From: Octopus vulgaris | Lineage: Eukaryota | Reading direction: 5' to 3' | DNA length: 64,000 nucleotides | Assembly (NCBI GenBank): GCA_951406725.2 | Contig: OX597823.1 | Coordinates: forward strand, 75,392,001 to 75,456,000 | Part shown: positions 1-13,992 of the stretch, piece after piece | Position numbering within the stretch: position 1 is the stretch's first letter | Layout: every line of letters begins with the position of its first letter | Position numbers and translations under genes: made by a program | The notes under the pieces: generated by a model | What the model was told of the DNA's origin: nothing | Seen by the model: only the letters and a program-made list of their open reading frames with translations | Databases searched by the model: none

Positions 1-390
1 TATGAACGATGGGAATGATATAAATATAAAAAAGAGGATTATGAATATTTTTTTAAAAATTTATACTGAAGACATTCAAAATTTTACGTTACACTGCTGT
101 GAGATTCAGCTCGTACATTTCTCAACATTTTAAAATTAGTACGTGTGCTTAATTGTCAATCGCCTTAACTTTGGAAAATATATATGTTGATGATATTCAA
201 CTTCAATATATATATATATATAATATATAAGAGAGCTTATATATTAGAGAGAGCTTATATATAAGAGAGCTTATATAAAAAACACACATTCATATTTATA
301 GACATATAGTAATATATCTCTATATTTCTGCCAGTCTCTGTCTGTCTGTCTCCCTATATATATATATATATATATATGTATACATATATT

Positions 391-727
391 GGTAAAAATG
401 GTAAGAATACAAAAGAATGAAAGAGACCTCGATATTATGTAAATAGAGGAATTTATCTGTAAATGTAATACGTGACAATTATTTGGATGCCGGGGTGGAA
501 ACCCACACCGCCATCTCCTCAGTTATCCGGCCATCGTAAAAATGCTATGAAAATAACTGAATAACGGATAACTGAATAAATTGCGGCGTGGACTTCCACC
601 TCGGCATCAGAAATTCGGAGTTGTATCATGGTTACCGAATAATTGTCACATATTGCATTTACAGATATATATGGTGCCCCAGCATGGCTGCGGCCTTCGG
701 GCTAAAACATTTTTAAAGGATTTTAAG

Positions 728-770
<43 letters not shown>

Positions 771-983
771 TTAAAATCCTTTTAAAATGTTTCAGCCCGA
801 AGGCCGCAGCCATGCTGGGCACCATATATATCTGTAAATGCAATATGTGACAATTATTCGGTAACCATGATAAAACTCCGAATTTCGGATGCCGAGGTGG
901 AAATCCACGCCGCCATTTATTCAGTTATCCGTTATTCAGTTATTTTCATAGCATTTTTACGATGGCCGGATAACTGAAGAGAT
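391..983. mobile_element. Penelope-like non-coding element in a nested inverted (foldback) arrangement, with degenerate HHR copies
   Basis: Arms 513-730 and 767-983 are near-perfect reverse complements around (TA)n. 454-512 is also inverted relative to about 584-666. Same family as 46690-46850, which has an intact HHR core. Confidence 0.7.
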
Positions 984-1056
984 ATATATACGTATGTATG
1001 TATGTATGTATGTATGTATGTATGTATGTATGTATGTATGTATGTATGTATGTATA

Positions 1057-1115
<59 letters not shown>
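984..1115. repeat. (TATG)n/(TA)n microsatellite
   Basis: Direct reading. Confidence 0.95.
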
Positions 1116-1122
<7 letters not shown>

Positions 1123-1934
1123 AATACAGTGGGAGAGAGAGAGAAAATATAGACATAGTAATATAACTATTTATTACTCTCTGTCTATGTATGTGTATAA
1201 ATGTGCATATGTATTAACTAAAACAAATGCAATCAAGAAGCTGCTGTATTCGTCTCTTGACATCCGTACGTAAAGCTATCTCAGAATGCATTGCTTCTGT
1301 TGTGTATAATAGTGTGTTCTTCAAGATGGCAGCAGTGGGCATTCACCATAACAGTAAATGTGTCATTCACTGCCTCCTATGGAGCCAGGGTGACAAATGT
1401 CGTCCAAGTATGTAACTACATGACGTTGTTGAAATTCAGCTACTTCGAGATATAATTAGCATGATCGCAAACAATTATTGCCATGTTTCTAGACTTCTTC
1501 CAATATATATAATGGTTCATAAAAACAATACCCTCATAAGGGATATTATTTCTGTACGAATGCCGCAGGAAATTGCTCTTCAACGATGTACTGTCTTGAG
1601 TATGATGCATGCACCTCTCTCCCTCTTCCAGACAGTCGCTTCCCTACACTGCATCTTCTATTATATGTGTGTGTTCGCGTTTGTGCACGTGTATTTCACG
1701 TACACACACGTACACACTGATACAGACATACATAAAGGCGTATGTACGTATGTCTACATTATTGTGTGTATGTTTATGTCTGGTGATTTGTATTAGAATA
1801 GCCGATAACTTATTCATTTAGATTCATCAGTCTTAAAAATAATAAGCTTTTTAATGTTGCATCACTCATTGTTAGGTTCCATTGATATATTTAGTTATAT
1901 ATATATACACATATGAATATGTATATATGTGTAT

Positions 1935-1970
<36 letters not shown>

Positions 1971-2072
1971 TTATACTGTATATATGTGTATATATACACA
2001 CACACATATATATACATTCATATGCACTCCCATACACACACACGAACACGCTCATACATATACATACACACA

Positions 2073-2124
<52 letters not shown>

Positions 2125-2730
2125 CCTTATACACCAGCATTTCTTTTCATGTTATACTTTCTTCCAATATATGCGTTTGTCTAGGCTCCTCTTTTAATCG
2201 AGTTCAGACACTTACCTCAGACGAAATCCTTAACAACTGACTGCGTTTTGTTTAAACGCAGTTAGCGGTCTTCTTCGTCTACGGTACCCATCTTTGTTTT
2301 CATAGATTTCACCTACTACCTCTTTTTACTTAATTTGTTTATGTTTCCTTGTTGTAGGTCAGACACGATACTCAGACTGAATGAAACTTATTTTGTCAAA
2401 ATTCTTTATTTTTACACTTTTTTTCTTTTTTCTTCCCCTTTCTTACTATCTTTATATATTTTTACACGTTATCAACTGATTTCTTTCTCATACGCCTTCG
2501 TAGTTCACACTTTCTTATCACTACTTACCTCGTTTTGTTTTTCTTCCTCCTCACTTTTATCTTATAGACTTCTCAGTTGAATTTCCCCTCCATTTCTTTC
2601 TCCTAGATCTCATACACTAATGTTTCTACGTTTTTGGCACTTTGATTATATAAATTCTTAACGTCACCATTTCATCTTGCACATATATCCTTCCGTTGTA
2701 TTTGCTATATTCTCTTCTGCAGTTCATGTG

Positions 2731-2785
<55 letters not shown>

Positions 2786-2984
2786 TGCATTAAGGAACCT
2801 GTTATCCCTCATTAAATGATTTGGCACGATGTTGTTTTGTAATGTTTACTCCTAATTAATGTAAAGAATAGAGTCGTAGTAATATTCACTATTCAGGGGA
2901 GAGTTTAAAACAGCTGTAAAGATATCGCTATAACACCTTCCTTTTCGAAAACAAAATAATAAAAATATTCCAATTATTATTTTA

Positions 2985-3392
2985 CTTCTTTACTTTTTTA
3001 CTTCTTTTAGTCATTTAACTGCGGACATGCTGGAGCACCGGCTTTTGTCGAGCAAATCAATGTCAGGACTTATTCTTAGGAAGTCTAGTACTTATTCTAT
3101 CGCTTTCTTATGCCAAACCGCTAACTTACGGGGACGTAAACACACCACCATCTGTTATAAAGCGATGTTGGAGGGGGCAAACACAGTTACACAAACATAT
3201 ACACTCATATACACACAAACATATATATATGTACATATATACGACGTGATTCTTTAAGTTTCTGTTTTACAAAATCCACTCACAAGTTTTTGGTCGGCCC
3301 GAGGTTATAGTAGAAAACACTAGCCCAAGGTGCCACGCAATGCGACTGAACCCGGAACCATGTAGTTGATAAGCAAGCTACTCACCACACAC
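2985..3392 (-). mobile_element. tRNA-derived SINE, family B, near full length
   Basis: The minus strand has a tRNA-like head (ggttccgggttcagtcgc), then caccttgggc, an internal TA/CA tract and a 3' tail ggtgctccagcatg..cgcagt..atgact. Homologous to 12478, 26500, 40072 and 46909. Confidence 0.85.
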
Positions 3393-3556
3393 GCTTCTCT
3401 TTTCATCTGGTTTTATATCGGCTATAGTATATTTTTTCTACCTATACCATTTGATTCTAGAGTAACTACACCAATTAAGTAGTTGAATGATAAGAACTGG
3501 AACTACTTCTGCGCTTATTAGCTGCTTATCTATACTTCAGTAAGTAGCCTTTAATC

Positions 3557-3594
<38 letters not shown>

Positions 3595-3648
3595 AAAAAA
3601 GAAGTTTGAAAACATCACTATATTAGATAAATTTTAATTTCCTTATGA

Positions 3649-3694
3649 ATTTTACATGTTTCGGTTCTTGAAAAATCGAACCTTATCAAAAATA
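3649..3694 (-). ncRNA. Minimal type I hammerhead ribozyme, U3-A8 core variant
   Basis: Minus strand reads attt-TTGATAA-ggttc(gatttttcaa)gaacc-GAAA-CATG-TA-aaat. Stem II is 5 bp, stem III is the palindrome ACATGT, the cleavage triplet is GUA and stem I is 4 bp. Confidence 0.6.
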
Positions 3695-3846
3695 TTATAA
3701 AAAGTGCAATGGAAAAGTTCATAATCGTTTCTTACTGGTCTCAATAGAATCCATATTCTTAAAAAAACGAACCTTATAAAATATATTATTAAAAATTGCA
3801 ATAGAAAAGTTCATAATCGTTTCTTACTGTTCTCAATAGAATCCAT
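3678..3846. repeat. About 91-bp direct tandem duplication overlapping the HHR
   Basis: aaccttat...gcaat(g/a)gaaaagttcataatcgtttcttactg(g/t)tctcaatagaatccat occurs twice. Confidence 0.9.
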
Positions 3847-6224
3847 GTGGTGGTGTTTTGTCGGTAGTTGGTATAATCGCTATATTACTGTTGAGTGTAG
3901 TGAAGAAGTCCATTATTGTTTCTTGCTGGTATCAAAAGGAACCGCTTTTTTGTTACCTTGTGTTCCAATAGTAGCAACAGTAGTGATTGTTGGTCGTAGT
4001 AGTAGTAACCTGTCGCTGTTACTGTTGGTCGTAATTTTTGCAACCTTGGTGGTGGTGGTGGGTTGTAGCAGTTATGCTGTAGCAGTAGCAGTAGCAGTAG
4101 TGGTCGGTTCACTGGCACTGCTCACTGACGTCACATAATTCCAAACCAATCAAAACCAAACTTCAACGAATACAAGGAAAAGACCCATAACTGTATACTG
4201 TAGGGAAACCAACCAAGCAGAACGACAAGCTTGACCACGGAAGAAAAACATCATCAATTTTTTAACGAATCAACATCAGATCTGCTCATTTTCATTTAAG
4301 AATGTGTACAAGTGTTGGTTCCGGTTCTGTGAGACATCACCTTGTGTTGCTTAAATGGTAGAACAAAATATGACTTTGTAAATCAAGAAGACAGTCAATT
4401 GTTCCCACTGCCAATATGTTTTGAAAATCAATAGCAATGTAAACAGCAATAAAGCCAACATCGAGGAAAGCAATACAAAATATAGTGATTTGAAAGGAAC
4501 ACAACTATTACCACCACTGCTACCAGCAGAACTGTGCGAAATAACAACACTATTAATGATCATGAATACGAGAAGGAGAAAGTCGAAATTGTCTGTTCCC
4601 CAAATCTGTAGCATTCACCTCCGCCAACGCCAATAATATTAACAGCACGACACCCTAATTAACAAATCCAAAGTTATCGTGTTCGCAAACGCTGTACTAC
4701 TCGAGAAAGTAATTAAATTAATATTTTACTAAACAGAAGATTAGATATTCTAGAATGCATCGGCAAGAATATGAAAATTGTAATTCATAGAACACTAGAA
4801 ATAAAATGCTGGAAATTAGACCAGCGTTACTCTATAAAATAATAAGACGTATTTCTATTTACGTTGGTTCATCAAAACGTATGTCGAGTAATGAAGCATG
4901 ATAGAGGAGTTTGTTTTTGCCGACAGAGGATGAGGCCACGAAGTGCTGCAAAACAACACTAAAAATTCATGAGCTTGTCCTCAAACCATTCTACCCTGGC
5001 TGCAGAATAGTAAGAATGAAGATTATGGATGTGTCCCCAGAAATAAATGTCTGCTTGTTGCTATGTGGTGCGATTTGTAATGAAAACAAAACAAACATTT
5101 AACGGTTTGCAGATCTAGGCACTGAACAAATATCGGTCAGGCTAAATGAGGGAGCTAATAATTAAAAAATATCAAGTAGTACGGAATCGATCCCAACCAC
5201 GTCAGCATTCCAGAAGTCACAGAAATGCATTTCATTGATGAAGTCAGAAAGCAAATATGCCGCTTTTGTGGTGGCAGGAAAACTCTCTTGGATATCTGTC
5301 CACTGGATGTTAAATCATCGTTTATATCGCCAACATCGCTAAAACAGCAATGACACTAACAAAATAAGCTGAAGTGGGAAGAACTGTAGAATGCACACAC
5401 ATCTGAAACATTGATATCGAAAAGAAATGCAATATTAAAATATGATGCTGGTAATGTAATATTAACATAAGCTGCAAGAACAAAAAAAGGAACAGAAAAT
5501 TCACCAAGGATGGAAACACTAGCAGAAATAGAATCAACGAAATAAACATAGGCATCGGGTTTCATAATTTCACCAACAACATTAGCGACAGAAAGCCCCG
5601 AAATAATGTGAAACATATCCTTTGGAAAGGTGACGGACACGAAAGCAAATATTGAGGCGTATCAAAGATAAAATAAGGAAAAAAGAAAGAAAATAATGGA
5701 ACAAAACAAAATAGCTAAGAGTTACAGACACAAATCCAAAGAACGACACAAATATGCATTCTCCAAATACAGGAACGCATATTCCACTACCATTATCTCC
5801 ATTCCTATCATCACCTCTTGCTCCTGTCGTGGACGTTCTGAGGATGGGTATTGTGGAAACCTGAGGTATGTAGGCAATTTTGGAAGCAAGACGAACATGC
5901 TCAGCTTCCCCATGTAACTTAGATATAGCTATTGTTGCTATTAGTGAGGCAAAAATGTTTCTGCGTATATGAGCTCAACTTATCTTTAAATTGACGGCAA
6001 ATGGAAGAAGAAATTGGTGTATTATTCCGTAAGTTACTAGATCTCATGACACAGGAAAACCTTTGGGACCCAGATTGTGAATGTGCTCTCCCTGATGTGA
6101 ATAAAAGTGACGAGTATACCTTCGGATTAGTTACTGTTTATGATGCTAGAGGCCTATGAAATATCTCAGTCTTTATTGCTAGTTGGCATCCAGTAGACAA
6201 TCGTTAAAGTATAATTGGATTGTA

Positions 6225-6425
6225 TGGAGCTAGCTAATGGGATGACGGTAAAAATTCTTAGCACAATTTAGTTCGTTTTTGCTTTGTGAGATCAAATTCT
6301 GCAGAGGTCGACTTTGCTTATAATGTCTTTCGCAATCCATAAAAGAAGTACTCTTTGAGCACTTTGATGTAATTGACCAACCATCCCTCGAAAAAATTCA
6401 GACCTTGTGCTTATAGTGGAAAGGA
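6225..6425 (+). mobile_element. Degenerate SINE, family A
   Basis: caaattctgcagaggtcgactttgc core segment. Confidence 0.6.
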
Positions 6426-7312
6426 TTAATATTTGGTGTCGTTAAGGTCTTCTTCGATTCATCATTAAACTTCATTTCTTTTTACACTGATTTCGAAAGA
6501 CTCAGTTTGAATATTTTCTATGAGATTTTGATCAATTTATGAAGCTACTGAAAAGCTGGTTAGTTCTTTTTTGGTTTGTCGTTTTGGCATGGTGTAAGTC
6601 TAGAGTATATCAGTTTAACAAAATTCATAATATAACGTCGAGGTTTTCGACAAAACGTGAGCTTCAGGTGCAGCAATTTGATCTGCATTTTAAACGCTGA
6701 ATTAACAATCTTAATCCAACGCAACATCACCTGCAGCATTGCTGATCAAAAGAGTAAGTCAACGAAAAAAGAATTATCATATTAACAAAATCGGACAGCG
6801 AAATAGTAATAATACACTACCATGAATGACATCAGAATGAACGTTAACACAAAAAATAGTAGTGAATGTACCAGCAAATGCATTGACAACTGGTGTTAAG
6901 AAAACACACATAGAAATAGCAATATTCACAGCAACTATAAGGAAAAAACATTAAAAAACCGTTGCAAATGAGAGGGGAATATAAATTATTTAACTGTGGC
7001 ATCAACATATCTAGGAATATGTCCAACACGCCACCAACGTCAGAAAAATCATTGACAGTAAATCTTTAACAAAGAGTCGACCTATACAGGCAATCGTACT
7101 GGGACTAGTTCCACTGAAGTGGTTCGGACATGATAAACTATTTTTTCTTATTTTTCTTAGAACTGAAAAATGCTAAATATTTTGCAAGCTGATTTGGCTG
7201 TTATGCATCTTTAAACAAATTGCAAAAGTTTCTGAACAAAGTAAATGAATGATTGTTAGACAGAGTCCAGGTACCTAGAGAAGCAGAAGAAGCGACTCAC
7301 TATTAAATTCAA

Positions 7313-7545
7313 GGTGGCGATCTGGTAGAAACGTTAGCACACCGAGCGACATACTTATTAGTATTTCGTCTGCCATTATGTTCTGTGTTCAAATTCCGTC
7401 GAGGTCGACTTTGCCTTTAATCCTTTCGGGGTCTATAAATTAAGTACCAGTTACGCACTGGGATCGATGGTATCGAGTTAATTCCATTTGTCTGTCCTTG
7501 TTTGTCCACTCTATGTTTAGCTCCTCATGAACAATAAAAAATAAG
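7313..7545 (+). mobile_element. SINE, family A (MetaSINE-like central domain), full length
   Basis: tRNA-like head, gaggtcgactttgcctttaatcctttcggggtc..taagtaccag core and A-rich tail. Flanking direct repeat attaaattcaag is a likely target-site duplication. Confidence 0.9.
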
Positions 7546-8269
7546 AATTAAATTCAAGACCTCAAAAACCAATCTGCGTCTCCAGAATATATACAACACT
7601 AGTGTGAAAAAGATTCGGCTCAATGGAAGTAAGATTACCGATCGAAGAGGGGGCAAAAACTCACAGTATATTACTCATGTAGTATAAGTTTTAATTCGAA
7701 ATTTATTTGGCTATATCGTCAAGAAAACTAAATTACTGCAGCATTATTTCTTCCACTTTGGCATATTCACTTTCGTCGAGTTGATACATATAAACACCAT
7801 CTTTCAGTAACAAGTCTTTTACGTTTGCAATTGCATTAGCCACATACGTGATATGAAACAGCTTCAATCGGAAATCGAACGCGGCTGGTGCTCGCCATAA
7901 TTTATTTAAATTTATACGCAGACTAATGGTGAGTTATAAATATGCATTAGTCTTTTCGATTTTCCGTGAAATTGAATTATATCAAATACAGTAGGTGAAA
8001 TATTTTCTGAATTCGAGCGAAAGTGATATGACTGTGTATTTCCTCACATATTTTTGGAGCGAAATAGAGATTATCGATCACCTTGCAGTGAAACGTCATA
8101 TTGATTAACGTCGTTAGTTTCAATTCATAATTAATACCTATAGATACAAATTAATAATATCAACATCTACTTAAATTTATTCTACTGTATTAAGGAAGAG
8201 CTTAGAACTTACGGATGTTTTGACATTAAAATGTGAAAAGTTTATGTATATATTAGTAGTATTCGTTTT

Positions 8270-8850
8270 AAGTTTTGGCACTAGGTCAGCAATTTCGAGG
8301 CAGGAGAAGTACGAATATATCGAGCTCAGGACTGAAGGCAAAGTCAACGTCTGTGGAATTTCAACTCAAAACGCAAAGACGGATGAAACGTGGCTACGCT
8401 ATTTGCTCGATGACCTGACACTTCTTATTTCATTATTGCCCACAAGGGGCTAAACATAGAGAGGACAAACAAGGACATGCAAAGGGATTATGTCGATTAC
8501 ATCGACCCCAGTGCGTAACTGGTACTTTATATATCGACCCGAAAGTATGAACGGCAAAGTCGACCTCGGCGGAATTTGAACTCACAACGTAAGGGCAGAC
8601 AAAATACCGCTAAGCATTTGGCCCGGCTTGCTAACGATTCTGCCAGCTCGCCGCCTTAGACGTTGGTCACAATAGTTTCAAATTTTGGCACAAGGCCATC
8701 ACTTTTGGGGTATGGGTAGCTGATTTTATCGGCCTCGAAACGATGAAAGACAAAGTCGACTTCAGCGGAATTTGAACGCTGAACGTAAAGACGGTTGATA
8801 TGCTGCTAAGCATTTTGCTTGTCGTGCTCATGCTTCTACCGCTCACTGCT
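8270..8850 (-). mobile_element. Cluster of three family A SINEs: a full copy at 8422-8655 flanked by two partial copies
   Basis: Repeated ggcaaagtcgac(c/t)tc.gcggaatttgaac segments. Confidence 0.85.
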
Positions 8851-9803
8851 TTAAAGTTTCATAGTATTCCGATGGGTGAATGCACACCATATTGCTGAAT
8901 CATTAGGATATTTTTCTTTTTTCTCTTTGAAGCTGTGAATAAGAACTTCCATGAACTGGATATCTCACTGGGTACAATAAATTATTTATAAATCATGTTG
9001 TTATGTTGTTGCGTTTCTCCTTCGAAGCAACATATGTTTATTTGCAGCCCAAATAGTATTGTATAAACTGTAACATTATTGTAATAAATGTCCGCTCTAA
9101 AAACATGAAATATTCATGACAGGATGCCGATAAGACCAACATAAAAAATAAACATTTGCCCACTAGTCAACTCAACAATATCTCCTCTTTTTTAAATTTT
9201 TATCTGGTACGGTATTTATGAAATGTATTCAAAATTTTTAAGATCATTTTCTCATTGAGACAATGTTACAAATGTGAGAAGGGCAACCAATATATTGTAT
9301 CTATGCTGTTCTTAACGCAGCTTAAGCTGTTTCCTCCTCGTTCTCATTTTAATTCTGATTACAGCTAATTAATAGTCTATGAAACCTAATTAACAGTCTT
9401 GATCAACATGTCAAATTTTATATCAAATATTGCATTTTCGATAATATATTGCATATGACTAATATCGTATGGAAAGGTGGATCCGTCTATGGATCGATCT
9501 TCACTCATTCTGGCATATACAATGTGTAGATTCCCATTAGCTCATGAAATTGTTACTTTGGTTGACAAGGTTCAAATATGGATTACAATTTCAGTTCTAA
9601 ACCTACTGAATACAAGAAATTCTCTTATATAGCAGACAAAGACATCTTTATTTCCACGAAGATCTCGTACATTGATTATATATTTACATTATTCCTACTT
9701 TCCTCTCGTAAAGATATAATACCTACATAGGTACAAAGTGGTGAGATGAGTGGTGTAACGTTCCTGGGTTCGACGCTTTGAATTAGAATCATATAGGTAT
9801 TTC

Positions 9804-9871
9804 AAAACCCTGGATGAGTAAAACAAGATATACATAGATTCTGTGACTTGTCGAAACCTATTGGTATGGAT
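9804..9871 (+). ncRNA. Degenerate hammerhead-like motif
   Basis: CTG(g)ATGA..acaag...cttgtc-GAAA-CC(tatt)GG-TA. The core has a 1-nt insertion and stem I is poor. Confidence 0.3.
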
Positions 9872-10908
9872 ATATTTATTCGGCACTTATGACACTAATT
9901 ACCCGACCAATGAACCAAGTCTATAATACGATATTTTAGTAAGTAGACAAAAAGAAAATGGTGATATGTTGTCTCTAAAAACAACAAACAATACAATGAA
10001 GGACAGTAAAAGTAAATCTTCCTCAACAACAGTTCTATCTCTTTAATGGAAGACTATTTTAGGTCAACAAAACATTAGCGTATACGAGTATTGAAAATGC
10101 GATGAATAAGCTTCAGCAGCCAACAAAATTTACCGACAGTAATTGCAACTTAATATATCAAGAATTTCTTCCCTGTATCCATTACCATTTGACATTGCAT
10201 ACGATAATATTAGACAAGCGTACGCCTGTACAAATTTAAACTCATTTCTCAATTTAATACAATTCCACGAGCAAAATTATATATGTATACATATATTTAT
10301 ACACACACAAACACGCTTGCTCATATATAAATGGATATAAATGATTGAGCTATAGTAATATACAGACTACTGAAACTACAACTAAAGTATTACTATAATA
10401 TCTTTGAGCGGAGCGCAAAATAAATAAAAAACAGTTACACCGAAGCTCTCTTACCAAGCGTGTCAGTGCCATATACAATACAAATATTCATCCGGAAGTA
10501 CATAAAATAAGATAAAGCATGATATACTTTTAATGTGCCAAACCAAATTCGTATTGTGCGTGATATTTATCTTATATACCAAAGAATACATGCATATAAA
10601 AATATATGCATCCATACATTCGTACATACATACATACATACATACATACATACATACATACATAGAAATAGAAAGCGAGGGAAAATATAATGTGTATATG
10701 TGTGTATATAGGTATATGTATATAAATTTATTGCAGAAAATAAAATCGCCTCGTCCTACCTTGTTCTCTACTACATTTCATTGTTTTATTGCATTTCATC
10801 TTGTTTAATTTAATTTTATTTTATTTCATCCGCATCTTTCATCTTCCCGACTTTTCCCACTAACAAGCATTATTCTGTTTTCTTAGTATACATACATGCA
10901 AATACACA

Positions 10909-10965
<57 letters not shown>

Positions 10966-11879
10966 GCAGCGTTATACACAAATTTATAGACAGATAGCGA
11001 GTGAGAAAGAGAGCCGGAGATACAGATTTGCTGACAACCCTCCCTGTTCTTGCTTAAACAGTGACTGAATCAAAATCGAAAGCAGTATGCAACCGGCACG
11101 ATCATTCGCCTAAAATTATCTTGAATGGAGTTCGACGAATGGCACGCATATAGATATTCATTAATGGTTGTTTGTGTCTGTGTGGCTACTTGCATTGACA
11201 TCTCAATGTAAATCTATGCAGACATTGAAGAAATAGTTTAAACATAAATACGCATCACTCTTTCTATATGCTGAACAGAAAAATAAACAATATGTTAATC
11301 CCACGTCAGTATTAAGTCGATTATAAACTAAAATACGTCAAATAAATGTATTTTATGGTGTTTCTTCCTTCTGTCATAATTCTCATGTAAAATGTCATCT
11401 AATGTCAGTAATACGTTACCAGTGTCATAGAACATGTACTGCACTTCTAGATTCTTCATAAACATCTTGCAGACACTGCAATTTTTTTCAGTACAAATAA
11501 TCTCGGCATTGTGTGATACGCAATTACAAAATACAAAAGATACAGTCATACTTACACTCGAGTGTATAATACACATAAACGCACACACAAACGCAAACAC
11601 AAACACAAAGACACACAAACAAATACACATACACATACAGACACACATATATATAGCTATCTTTGCATGCTTCTAAATGCAAATACATAACGTATTTAAT
11701 GCGTAAGTGGTTATATGTATGGATATGTGTGTTTATATGTATATACATATATATATACATATGTATATGCATATCATTATCATATATTATATGAAATTCG
11801 TTCTGCCTGTCTCTGTGTGTGTCTCCTAGGATCTCTGGTTTCATCCATCCGATTACGTTCAAATTTGATATAGAGATAC

Positions 11880-12111
11880 CTATTTATTTACTACCGACAA
11901 GGGACTAAACACAGAAAGAACAAACAAGGACAGATAAACGGATCAAATCGATTATATTGACCCCAGTGCGTAACTGGTACTTATTTAATCGACCCCGTTA
12001 GAATGAAAGGCAGAGTCAGCCTCGGCGGAATTTGAACTCAGAACTTAGCGGCAGACGAAATACGGCTACGCATTTCGCCAGGCGTGCTAACGTTTCTGCC
12101 TGCTCGCCACC
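11880..12111 (-). mobile_element. SINE, family A, full length
   Basis: Reverse complement of the 7313-7545 type. Confidence 0.9.
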
Positions 12112-12477
12112 TTTTATATGATATTTATATTTGATATGTAGATACCGATGGTATCAGGGCGTGTATAATTCTTTTTAAAAATTACAAAAATCAATACCAA
12201 GTGAAAATGCGAACGATAAAGCGGTGGTAACGTGCATTTGTACTCGCAAGTATATCAGTCGAAATCCGTCTTTTGTTGGTGTCTCAAATTCAGGTTAAAT
12301 CAGTGTTTCTCAAAGGAGAGGCCTAAGGGACGATCGGACAAGTTGTTTTCAGAAAATTTGGTTTAAATGTTTGCCAACTCAGTTCCGTCCATTGGACGAG
12401 GGGCGTGTTGCTCGTATATATATATATAATTGTTGGCATGATTGAGCGATAAGAAACTTGCTTACCGTCCACATCAT

Positions 12478-12650
12478 CCTTGTGAGTGGATTTGGTATGC
12501 GGAAACTGAAAGGAAACTGTTGTATATATAACTACGTGTGTGTGTGTGTATATGTGTCTGAGTGTGTGCGTGTGTATTTGTGTCTGTGTCTGTCTTTCAA
12601 CTCCGCTTGACAATTGATTTTGATGTTTAGGTAACCGTAACGTAGCAGTT
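12478..12650 (+). mobile_element. SINE, family B, internal fragment
   Basis: ccttgtgagtggatttggtatgcggaaactgaaag followed by a TA/TG tract. Confidence 0.75.
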
Positions 12651-13666
12651 CGTCATGTTAACTGAAACTAGAATTTATTGGAAGTAATCTAGAACAGATT
12701 GAAGAAATTGACAACAAAATTAAAGCATACTACTTCTAGAGAAAATTAGTGTACTGGTGAGATTGTTTAATTACCAGATTTCGTATTTACTATTATACAC
12801 CAAATGCTGAAAATGTGTTTCTTCAGGTGAACTTTTATCAGCAGATGTGTGAGGCCCGTCTGAAGCTTTAGTGGATTCTATGTGCACCAGTTCTTAGGTC
12901 TTTGTCTGGGCAGTCATATTCTGGTACACCATCTAGAAAATAAGGGAGAATTGTGAGGCAAGTTTTCAGTACTTGTTAGGCAACTCTAGGCATTAAGTGT
13001 CATGCAGTTGAAACCTTTAGGAAACTGAATCTCGCGCCATAACGTTAACAATTCATAAGTTTGTGCAAAGAGACTTCGGAACATTGGTTCATTTTTTTTT
13101 ATTAGTGAAAATTAATGTACCTAGCTGACTCATGATTCTTCGTATCCCTAGCATATAACACTCGGTATCTCACACAGATCACTATCGTATTATACGCAGG
13201 AAGTTTTTTTTATACACCGGAATATACGGTTTCTCTCTAAACGTGCTGATTACTGCAGGTGACATGAAGCGCAGAATAACAAATTAATTTAATATTCAAT
13301 ATTCGCAAACTCATTGTACCGTTTTTAATTAATTGTAGCTTTCTATTCCTGTTCGGAAGTGACCTTTGTTTGCGAATCATTGAATAAATATTGTTTTCAT
13401 ATTTGTAATTTGAAATGATTCTTTTCTAAATAAAATTTCTATTTTTAAGTGCTTTGTTTAATTCCACAACGACGGTCATGCGAAACCTATGGCAAAACAT
13501 GCAAGTGAGGTTATTGCTAAAACCTTATCGTCATTTTGAAACTCATTAAAAAGCGATACTTTTATTTATTGCAAAAGCAATTTCGATCATCATGCGTTCA
13601 CACACACATGCCCACACCCATGCACATACGTTTGGTCGCATATATATATACACACATACCTTCGTA

Positions 13667-13710
<44 letters not shown>

Positions 13711-13940
13711 GATATTATTGTACTTTGATAATATCAATGGGTCAGCATGCGTAAAAATCTATGACGGTAAAAAAAAACATCAATTACTAATTAAGGTTGA
13801 AAACTTGTGGTTTGGTCATCTTCACTGCTATATCTATCATGGTGGTCCTGCTTGCTTGTACTCTTAATTATTAACTCACACACACAGTCACACACACACG
13901 CACACACATACACACACACACATACGCACATACACACACA

Positions 13941-13992
<52 letters not shown>

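Noticed and set aside
221-276. Three atataagagagctt repeats
   Set aside because: A short minisatellite without unique spacers; not CRISPR-like
2205-2275. CAGACGA followed by a ctgcgttt/aaacgcag hairpin
   Set aside because: No correctly placed GAAA or stem III, so it is not called as an HHR
3845-7130. Short ORFs in a relatively repeat-poor region
   Set aside because: Low-complexity, degenerate trinucleotide-like sequence with no recognisable domain or consistent splice pattern
12700-13000. Possible very old Tc1/mariner-type transposase trace on the minus strand
   Set aside because: Motifs are too degraded to support a call
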